Source: Acaryochloris marina S15 (GTDB taxonomy: Bacteria > Cyanobacteriota > Cyanobacteriia > Thermosynechococcales > Thermosynechococcaceae). Taken from it: a DNA stretch of 24,000 nucleotides. Within the stretch, counting starts at the first letter, position 1. The number at the start of each line of letters is the position of its first letter. Location of the stretch: NCBI RefSeq assembly GCF_018336915.1, contig NZ_CP064923.1:715213-739212 (forward strand). Direction: 5' to 3'. Positions 17,522-24,000 of this stretch are shown here, piece by piece. A program made the translations under genes and the position numbers. The notes below the pieces were generated by a model that was given only the letters and a program-made list of their open reading frames with translations, did no database searches and was not told the DNA's origin.

Positions 17522-18469
17522 ATGTCATTTGAGATGAAGCATGGTCTTGCTATTTTCGATTGTCCGGATCACTATGCCAGCTTGGGTCTGAGCATTGGCG
17601 CATCTAAAGGTGAGATTCGCAAGCGCTACTTCAAAATTGCTCGCAGCTTGCATCCTGATAGCTGTCCAGCTGAAATGGATAAAGCACAAGCGAGTCGCAT
17701 GCTCTCAAAGTTAGTGAATCCTGCTTATGAAGTCCTCTCCCAAGACAAAGACTTTGAAGAATATAAGGTGTTACTCCGATTAGTCGGGCAGCGGGCTAAT
17801 CGTGAAGTGAATCCCAGTTCGATGCAAACACCGGGTGCCCAGGAACTATTAACTGCCAATTCTTTTGAGGAACATTACCAAGAACAGGTCAAACACTTAG
17901 CCCAAAACCAATTTGAGACTTTGGAGGGGATATTAGCGGTTGTTAGCCAACTCAGTGAGCTTAACCTAGCCTATTTAATTCGGCGGGAAGGGACCCAGCA
18001 ATCAGGAGCTGCTCCCATGCAGGCTAGAGCGGCTCAGGCACAGCCGAAAGCGGCGGCAACACCAGAAACATCTGTGTCTGCTTCGCCTGCAGAGCAGCAA
18101 TCTCCTCCCCAAGAAGCGGCGACCTCACAGTTTGTTAATGACTATTGCCGACGGGCGGAAGAACTGATTCAGAAAAACCGTTTGAATGACGCTATTGTAG
18201 AGCTGCGAGATGCTCTCAAACTTGAACCCAAAAACAGTCGCTGTCATACTTTAATGGGTTCTATCTACCTCCAGAAAAAATCTCTCAAAATGGCCAAAGT
18301 GCATTTTACCCAAGCTTTAAATAGTGATCCGCAGAATGCTGAAGCCATCAAAGGAAAGCAAAAATTGGAGAAGCTAGAAAAGAAATTGCAGCCCGCTACA
18401 ACAAAACAGGCAGCTAAGCAGCCAGAGCGTAAGAAGGGGTTGTTTGGTTTGTTCGGTGGTAAGAAATAG
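17522..18469 (+). CDS. J-domain (DnaJ-like, type III) protein with C-terminal TPR repeats
   Basis: 315 aa. J-domain: DHYASLGLSIGASKGEIRKRYFKIARSLHPDS (HPD present). The middle is Ala/Gln/Pro-rich. A TPR-like region follows (YCRRAEELIQKNRLNDAIVELRDALKLEPKNSRCHTLMGSIYLQKKSLKMAKVHFTQALNSDPQNAEA), then a Lys-rich tail. Confidence 0.85.
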   Translation: MSFEMKHGLAIFDCPDHYASLGLSIGASKGEIRKRYFKIARSLHPDSCPAEMDKAQASRMLSKLVNPAYEVLSQDKDFEEYKVLLRLVGQRANREVNPSSMQTPGAQELLTANSFEEHYQEQVKHLAQNQFETLEGILAVVSQLSELNLAYLIRREGTQQSGAAPMQARAAQAQPKAAATPETSVSASPAEQQSPPQEAATSQFVNDYCRRAEELIQKNRLNDAIVELRDALKLEPKNSRCHTLMGSIYLQKKSLKMAKVHFTQALNSDPQNAEAIKGKQKLEKLEKKLQPATTKQAAKQPERKKGLFGLFGGKK

Positions 18470-18478
18470 TTGGTGACC

Positions 18479-19687
18479 ATGTATCAACCTCCTGCGGGTG
18501 CCCGAGACCTACTGCCCTTAGATGTGGCTCAAAAATGTTGGATTGAGCAGCGTCTGCTGCAAGTATTCCAGCGTTGGGGATATCACCGCATTATTACTCC
18601 TACTTTAGAGCGGCTAGATACCTTGTTAGCTGGGGGAGCAGTGGACCCCCAAACTGTGATCCAAGTTTGGGATGCTGAAGAAGGGGTCTTAGGGCTTAGG
18701 CCCGAGTTAACGGCCTCCATTGCTCGTGCCGCTGTGACTCGAATGGAAGGGGAGACTCATCCTCAGCGACTCTATTACAACGACAATATTTTTCGGCAAC
18801 AGCCAGGTCATGCGAGTAGTCAGCATGAGTTTTACCAAGCAGGAGTAGAGCTACTGGGGAGTAGCGGGTTATTGGCAGATGCTGAGATTCTTCTGCTCTT
18901 CGCTGATTGCCTCACAGAACTAGGTGTTCAGAACTGGCATGTCCTTTTGGGGGAAGCAGATTTAACCCGATCCCTGCTTCGTCCTTTTCCTGAAGCTGTG
19001 CGGGGAGATGTGCGCCGAGCCATTGCCCAACTCGATCGAGTGGGCCTGGCTAATTTACCCCTGAGTTCAGAACTCAAAGAACATGCTCTGTTTTTACTGG
19101 ATTTACGGGGTGAACCGGCTCAGGTGCTGCAAAAGGTGTCCCAGTTACCCCTTGAACCACCCCAGCATGAGGCGGTCACCAACCTCAAGTCGTTGGTAGA
19201 AGTATTGTCGAAGCAACCCTCACTGACCTTAGATCTGAGTCTTATTCAGACCTTTGATTACTACACGGGTATCGTGTTTGAAATCATCAGTGATGCAGAA
19301 TCGGGCCAACGTTTACTAGGGCAGGGTGGACGATACGATACGCTACTGGGCTTATACCATCCGCAGAATGAAATGCTCCCTGGGATTGGTTTTTCTTTTA
19401 ATGTGGAACATTTGCATCAGGTATTATTGACCCTTGGCAAGTTGCCTAAGCAGACCCCTGCGTCACATTGGCTGGTGGTGGCAGAAACAGAATCTGCGAT
19501 CGCAGCCGCGTTTGACCATGCCCATCAGCTGCGTCAGCAAAACGCCCAGCCTCCCCTCACCAGAGTTGAAGTGGAGCTGTCCCAAAAGTCTCCCGATGAC
19601 ATTCGAACCACTGCTCGTCAACAGCGAATTGGGCAAATTGCTTGGGTCAATGCCCAAGGGTCTGTCACAATTGAATCGCTAGCGTAA
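18479..19687 (+). CDS. hisZ: ATP phosphoribosyltransferase regulatory subunit HisZ (HisRS paralogue)
   Basis: [26 protein letters not shown] ... [15 protein letters not shown] ... [12 protein letters not shown] ... [10 protein letters not shown] ... GGRYDTLLG is class II HisRS-like and lacks an anticodon-binding domain. I prefer ATG 18479 to the track's TTG at 18470. Either way it abuts the upstream stop at 18467-18469. Confidence 0.9.
   Translation: MYQPPAGARDLLPLDVAQKCWIEQRLLQVFQRWGYHRIITPTLERLDTLLAGGAVDPQTVIQVWDAEEGVLGLRPELTASIARAAVTRMEGETHPQRLYYNDNIFRQQPGHASSQHEFYQAGVELLGSSGLLADAEILLLFADCLTELGVQNWHVLLGEADLTRSLLRPFPEAVRGDVRRAIAQLDRVGLANLPLSSELKEHALFLLDLRGEPAQVLQKVSQLPLEPPQHEAVTNLKSLVEVLSKQPSLTLDLSLIQTFDYYTGIVFEIISDAESGQRLLGQGGRYDTLLGLYHPQNEMLPGIGFSFNVEHLHQVLLTLGKLPKQTPASHWLVVAETESAIAAAFDHAHQLRQQNAQPPLTRVEVELSQKSPDDIRTTARQQRIGQIAWVNAQGSVTIESLA
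19496..19503. repeat. HIP1 palindrome GCGATCGC
   Basis: Exact octamer; extended form TGCGATCGCA. Confidence 0.95.
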
Positions 19688-19733
19688 TTCCCTTAAAAAT
19701 TGCGATAGTCGTTATTCCATCGAGATTTATTTC

Positions 19734-20390
19734 ATGCTCACGGTTGCCTTACCTAAAGGAGCGTTACTGAAAGATAGTATTCGCCTCCTCAAATCTGTTG
19801 GTTTGGATTTCAGTGCCTTCTTGGATTCTGGGAATCGCCAACTGCAAATTCAGGACCCAACGCAAACGGCTCAAGGGTTATTGGTCAGGGCCCAAGATGT
19901 CCCTGTGTACGTAGAGTATGGACAGGCTCAAATCGGAATTGTCGGATTTGATGTCTTACAAGAAAAGAAACCCCAGGTTGCTCAGTTTGCAGACCTAGGA
20001 TTTGGTCATTGCCGGATGTCCGTGGCCGTCCCCAGCCAAAGCTCCTACCGTTCAGCGATGGAACTCCCCCCGAATTGTCGGGTGGCGTCCAAATTTGTCC
20101 ACTGTGCCCATGACTTTTTCAGCCAGATCGATTTGCCCGTGGAAATTATTCCGCTCTATGGTTCTGTAGAATTGGGGCCGATTACAGGGATGTCTGAAGC
20201 GATTGTTGATCTCGTGTCTACCGGACGAACCTTGAAAGAGAATGGGTTGATTGAGCTGGACTGTTTGTATGAAAGTACGGCCCGTCTGATTGCCCATCCC
20301 TTGAGCTATCGGCTCAATCAGTATAATCTCCAGCATTGGCTAGATGAGATCACTAAAACCAGCCAGCCCCTTGCGGCTAGCGCTTCCTAG
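19734..20390 (+). CDS. hisG: ATP phosphoribosyltransferase, short form catalytic subunit
   Basis: 218 aa. [26 protein letters not shown] ... [27 protein letters not shown] ... [14 protein letters not shown]. It is short-form length and lies adjacent to hisZ. Confidence 0.95.
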   Translation: MLTVALPKGALLKDSIRLLKSVGLDFSAFLDSGNRQLQIQDPTQTAQGLLVRAQDVPVYVEYGQAQIGIVGFDVLQEKKPQVAQFADLGFGHCRMSVAVPSQSSYRSAMELPPNCRVASKFVHCAHDFFSQIDLPVEIIPLYGSVELGPITGMSEAIVDLVSTGRTLKENGLIELDCLYESTARLIAHPLSYRLNQYNLQHWLDEITKTSQPLAASAS

Positions 20391-20407
20391 TGAATGAAGT
20401 TAACCTT

Positions 20408-21541
20408 TTAAGGAATCGCAACGGCAGGATCAAAACGATAGCTTTGTAAAATTTCTCGGAAGGTGGATCGAACTTGATCAAAGTCGGATCGCAACACCAA
20501 AATACTGACGACAGAGATGGTATCCCCGCTTTGTTCTGTATAGGTTGCCCCCAATACTTGATCATTGCGAGTTGAGAACTCCCACCCCAACTCCACCACA
20601 CCGCTGTCTTGAACTTTGGGTTGTCCTACCTTGAAACCAGTTTCTTTTCCGAAGGCATTGGTAATAAAACGACGAGATAAATTCCCCAGTTCCTCTTCGC
20701 TGAGGCGTCGGGATTTAAATAGATCGACCACAATACTGCTGTCGGTCTCGCTATCTGTCCACCGCAGGATGACTTCCCCTGCTTTACTGGTATCTTTGCG
20801 GCGCCAGGTGCGTGGGGTTTTGATCTGAAATAACCCTGATGAATGCTCGTAGGTGACCAAATCGGCCATCTTGTCACCAAAGGACTCTCCCCGTGAGCTA
20901 GGGGAGGAGTCACTGCTATCCTGATCCGAGTTGGATTTAGTAGAATCACTCTGGGAAACGGTCGGTTCTTTGCTTAAGCCCAGAAAGTTGCTGACATAGG
21001 GCCAAGCCAGTGCTCCACCCCCAATCACTAACACACCTGCAACAATCCACACCCACACCTTGGGGCCTTGATCACCAGCAGGGGGTGGAGCTTGATAGTA
21101 AGGGGTTGGGCTGGGAGACGGATAAGGGGGTGGGGCTGCCGGTGCAGGGGAGCTGACGGTGGTCGGGGGCACGCCACCGGGTTGATTGACTTCTGTTGGA
21201 GGAATGCCGCCATCACCACTGACTCGAGCATTAAGGACAACTCGCCCTAAGGAGACGGTGCTGGCGGTCCCTAAGGGAACTTCACCAGTGGTGATGGGTT
21301 GGCCATTGACGATGGGCGGGTTGGTATCCCGAAGCGATCGCAAATAGAATACTTGGCTCCCGGCATGGTAATAAACCTCGGCCTGTAGTCCCGACACGCT
21401 GCTATCCGATAGAACGACATCGCATTTTTGAGGATCCCGACCAATCCGGACGGTGCCAGGGTTCTTGCTGGGTTGGTTTGGTTGAATTTGTTCCGAACGA
21501 GAGACGCCTCCCTCGACCCACTCCAACGTTAACTCAGTCAC
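20408..21541 (-). CDS. FHA-domain single-pass membrane protein with uncharacterised extracytoplasmic C-terminal domain
   Basis: 377 aa, GTG start. FHA core is at ~28-105 (GTVRIGRDPQKCDVVLSDSSVSGLQAEVYY ... LRSLRDTNPPIVNGQPI). A Pro-rich linker spans 112-160, a TM helix 161-184 (VWVWIVAGVLVIGGGALAWPYV), a Ser/Asp-rich spacer follows, and the last ~150 aa form a globular domain. Confidence 0.8.
   Translation of the reverse strand: MTELTLEWVEGGVSRSEQIQPNQPSKNPGTVRIGRDPQKCDVVLSDSSVSGLQAEVYYHAGSQVFYLRSLRDTNPPIVNGQPITTGEVPLGTASTVSLGRVVLNARVSGDGGIPPTEVNQPGGVPPTTVSSPAPAAPPPYPSPSPTPYYQAPPPAGDQGPKVWVWIVAGVLVIGGGALAWPYVSNFLGLSKEPTVSQSDSTKSNSDQDSSDSSPSSRGESFGDKMADLVTYEHSSGLFQIKTPRTWRRKDTSKAGEVILRWTDSETDSSIVVDLFKSRRLSEEELGNLSRRFITNAFGKETGFKVGQPKVQDSGVVELGWEFSTRNDQVLGATYTEQSGDTISVVSILVLRSDFDQVRSTFREILQSYRFDPAVAIP
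21334..21341. repeat. HIP1 palindrome GCGATCGC
   Basis: Exact octamer. Confidence 0.95.
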
Positions 21542-21773
21542 GGTTAGTCCTTTTTCTACTCATTGATCGATAAAAGCCGTTACGGTAGCTTTGCCTGGGA
21601 TAATAGGCTTGGCAGACGTGCTCTCAGCATACCCAAGTAGGGTGAATCGTAATCGACTATTTAGCCTACACCATTATTAAAAGAATCTAGGTGTTTGTTA
21701 GCTCTCGAAGCAATTTTGTTACCGTGCTCACAGAGCCTACTAGATACATTTTCTCTCCGCTAATTCAACAGCT

Positions 21774-22649
21774 ATGAAACTTCGCAATACAACCAGCACA
21801 AACTTCAATTGGAACGTCATCTTTACCGTAAGCCTGGCCAGTCTATTGGCTGCTTGTTCGCCCACCTTAAACACTGGCAAGCTGGAAGATGAGATCCAAA
21901 AAGGGATTGAAGAGCAAACCGACATCAATGTGTCGTCAATTTCTTGTCCCAAAGACGTTGAGCTGGAAGAAGGAGATATCTTCGATTGCGATGTAGAGGC
22001 ATCAGACGATACTCAATTTACCGTAACCGTTACCCAAAAAGATGATGAAGGTAATGTGACCTGGAAGCAGAATCCAGTGTCTACCGCTAGCAATGATAAT
22101 GACAATACAAGTTCCAGCAATGACTCCCCCGGTGATTTGATTCCTACGGAGGATCCTCCGAGTCCTGAACCAGAGCCTACCCCCGAAGCGGTTGATCCGA
22201 ATGCACCTCGTATCGATGGCAGCATTGTCGAAAGCACTATCAAAGAGCAGTTTGCGGACCAAGCTGGAATTCCGGTCCGCTCGGTAGATTGTCCTCAAAA
22301 TGTGGCGATTAAGGTCGGTAGTAAATTTAACTGTACCGTCAAGGCTGCTAATGGCAAGACCATTGAAGCCATAGCAACCCAAACCAATGAGCAGGGTGGA
22401 TTTTCTTGGAATGCTACCAGTGGTTTGATTTCCTACGATAAAGTTGAAGGCTTAATCAAAACAGGGCTACAAAACCAAGAGAGCTTAACCGTCACCCCCA
22501 ACTGTGGAACGCCTCAAACACGCTATATTATTGCCTATTCTGGAGAGAAGTTTAGCTGTTCAGCAACCGATTCTAATGGCCGCAAGATTCCGATTAGCGT
22601 CGCGGTTCAAAGCGATGATGGTCAAGTTGTTGTCAACTGGAAGTTATAG
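21774..22649 (+). CDS. Lipoprotein with three DUF4333-like repeats
   Basis: 291 aa. Signal peptide with lipobox LAAC (Cys28). Three ~65-75 aa repeats each carry a Cys pair: SCPKDVELEEGDIFDCDV...DDEGNVTWK; DCPQNVAIKVGSKFNCTV...NEQGGFSWN; NCGTPQTRYIIAYSGEKFSCSA...SDDGQVVVNWK. An Asn/Ser/Pro/Glu-rich linker follows repeat 1. Confidence 0.75.
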   Translation: MKLRNTTSTNFNWNVIFTVSLASLLAACSPTLNTGKLEDEIQKGIEEQTDINVSSISCPKDVELEEGDIFDCDVEASDDTQFTVTVTQKDDEGNVTWKQNPVSTASNDNDNTSSSNDSPGDLIPTEDPPSPEPEPTPEAVDPNAPRIDGSIVESTIKEQFADQAGIPVRSVDCPQNVAIKVGSKFNCTVKAANGKTIEAIATQTNEQGGFSWNATSGLISYDKVEGLIKTGLQNQESLTVTPNCGTPQTRYIIAYSGEKFSCSATDSNGRKIPISVAVQSDDGQVVVNWKL

Positions 22650-22688
22650 TCAGCGTCCCTAGATTAGGGATGCATTGCAAAGGCTAGA

Positions 22689-23615
22689 TTAATTTGGCTC
22701 AGCCCAGCATTGTCCAGCGAGGGATGAGCCAAACTTCTCGTCGTCGGATGCTAAGACGATGCCGCCATTCTTACCGGGTACTAGCTCTATCGCCTCTACT
22801 TTATTGAAAGGGAATCGATAGAGCGGGGTTAGGGTAGATTTGTCTCGCTGTTGAGATGCTGCCTGGGTTTGATGAAAAGGAAAGCTTCCCATCCCATAGA
22901 CAGCAGATTGAAATGGACCTTTATCACCTGGATCACTAGCAGCAGTGATGTAGAGTAATCCATCTGGCGCAATTTTTAAATCAGATATATGGCGCACGTT
23001 TTGCTGAGGCCATGGCACCTGAAAGGACATTGATCCATTGACCTTTATCTTGGCCTGATCAGGAAAATACTGACCCCAAAAAAGCACAGCGGGGTCGGTG
23101 TCTTGGCCTCGATGGGCCCAAACAGCAATTAACTGATCATCAATCTGTTGTAGAGCAAACCCTTCGATATTGCTTAGCTGAGCGCCTGGAGGAATTTGTG
23201 CCGTATGTAATACTTTGACAGCATTGTTTTCCAGATCCAGCTGCAGATGGTAAACCATTCCTAAGCTAGTGACCGCTAAAAATTCGGTCTGGGTGTTAGG
23301 TACGAGGGTTAACGCTTCCAGGTCAAGGGGAAGGGATGATTGGGTAGGCCATGCCAGAGACTGATAGGTGATAGAACCTTGGGAGGGAACGCCTAGTACA
23401 GCTAGCCGAGGCTGATCTTTATCTCCCTTGTTATCGTGAACAGCCAACAACTGACACAGTTGCGCCTGCTGTTGGATCAAGGCCAGGCCACTAATTCCTT
23501 TTCGCTTTCCAGGTTGAACAGGCCGCCAGGTTGGGTTTGCAGTAGCTGTCCATCCCCATAGGCTGCTCAGCCCCATCACTAGTAGACTGGCGAATACCTT
23601 TTTCCCTTGATTCAT
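22689..23615 (-). CDS. Secreted hypothetical protein, possibly beta-propeller-like
   Basis: 308 aa. Signal peptide MNQGKKVFASLLVMGLSSLWGWTATA. Blade-like motifs recur roughly every 50 aa (ISGLALI, LEALTLV, IEGFALQ, ISDLKIAPDGLLYITAASDPGD, VEAIELVPGKNGGIVLASDDE). I cannot assign a family confidently. Confidence 0.55.
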   Translation of the reverse strand: MNQGKKVFASLLVMGLSSLWGWTATANPTWRPVQPGKRKGISGLALIQQQAQLCQLLAVHDNKGDKDQPRLAVLGVPSQGSITYQSLAWPTQSSLPLDLEALTLVPNTQTEFLAVTSLGMVYHLQLDLENNAVKVLHTAQIPPGAQLSNIEGFALQQIDDQLIAVWAHRGQDTDPAVLFWGQYFPDQAKIKVNGSMSFQVPWPQQNVRHISDLKIAPDGLLYITAASDPGDKGPFQSAVYGMGSFPFHQTQAASQQRDKSTLTPLYRFPFNKVEAIELVPGKNGGIVLASDDEKFGSSLAGQCWAEPN

Positions 23616-23662
23616 GCTTTTGTCGCTTTTACAGCGCCTTTAGGACCATAGTCATGAGGCTA

Positions 23663-24000
23663 TTACTTGGACGTTTCGTCAGGGCTTTGTTTGGGGGCTG
23701 TAGTATCAGCAGGATCTTCTGCGGCTTCAGAGCTGGGAGTATCGGATTCAGGGGTAGGGGCACTATCAGTAGGTGCTGCGGGAGTGCCTGCCGGAGCTTC
23801 TCCTCCTGGGAATTGTCCGCCCATAAATCCTCCCAAGAGAGAGCCGGACTTCATCAGTTTCTGAACGGCAGCTAAGTCTATTTTTAGGGTTTGGGTTGGA
23901 TAGGCCTCTAGAAAACTCAGAATTCCTAATCCCTCTTTTGAGGAGGCGGCACCAATCAGAGCACTTCTAAGAGCCAGTTTCTCAACTCCACCGGGAAGAG
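23663..24000 (-). CDS. Hypothetical protein, C-terminal part only (gene starts beyond the window end); Pro/Ala/Thr/Glu-rich disordered tail
   Basis: The minus-strand frame of the 63-aa track ORF stays open upstream to nt 24000 (my translation ...LPGGVEKLALRSALIGAASSKEGLGILSFLEAYPTQTLKIDLAAVQKLMKSGSLLGGFMGG...). The overlapping plus-strand ORFs have Gly/Cys/Arg-rich composition that is implausible for a real protein. Confidence 0.45.
   Translation of the reverse strand, partial: LPGGVEKLALRSALIGAASSKEGLGILSFLEAYPTQTLKIDLAAVQKLMKSGSLLGGFMGGQFPGGEAPAGTPAAPTDSAPTPESDTPSSEAAEDPADTTAPKQSPDETSK

Noticed and set aside
23654-23875. Two plus-strand ORFs (73 aa and 65 aa) opposite the disordered C-terminal tail.
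   Set aside because: They are mirror ORFs of a GC- and purine-skewed low-complexity coding region. The minus-strand frame is the one that remains open to the window edge and ends with a plausible acidic Pro-rich tail.

Overview
The window looks like ordinary core chromosome of a cyanobacterium. The HIP1 octamer GCGATCGC occurs 10 times in 24 kb, there is an SLH-OprB type porin, and a short-form hisG sits next to hisZ. I can support about 24 protein-coding genes and one tRNA-Ser(GGA). Left to right they are: a partial S4-domain RNA-binding gene, an NfeD-SPFH membrane-scaffold operon, a large TerB-N/TerB/TerB-C protein, a PhyH-family 2OG-Fe(II) dioxygenase, a fused double PhnE-type ABC permease, two small hypothetical genes, eno, gloA, an SLH/OprB porin, rlmN, rpsD, ispD, a GT9 glycosyltransferase, tRNA-Ser, an FdC2/Fed2-like [2Fe-2S] ferredoxin translationally coupled to an IMPase-family phosphatase, a J-domain/TPR protein abutting hisZ, hisG, an FHA-domain membrane protein, a triple-DUF4333 lipoprotein, a secreted propeller-like protein, and a partial gene with a disordered tail. 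I found no CRISPR array, transposase, integrase, phage gene or recognisable defence gene, and no tandem-repeat array. I see no convincing evidence for a novel multi-gene system here. The items most worth a second look are: (i) the standalone TerB-N/TerB/TerB-C protein and its neighbours; (ii) stacked palindromes and a second intrinsic terminator in the 383-bp AT-rich spacer upstream of the dioxygenase, which could be an attenuator or a small RNA; (iii) the ferredoxin - IMPase - J-protein - hisZ - hisG string, where the IMPase is a candidate histidinol-phosphate phosphatase; (iv) the divergent FHA membrane protein and 3x DUF4333 lipoprotein pair. All functional calls rest on motif recognition by eye from the supplied translations. 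No database search was run.
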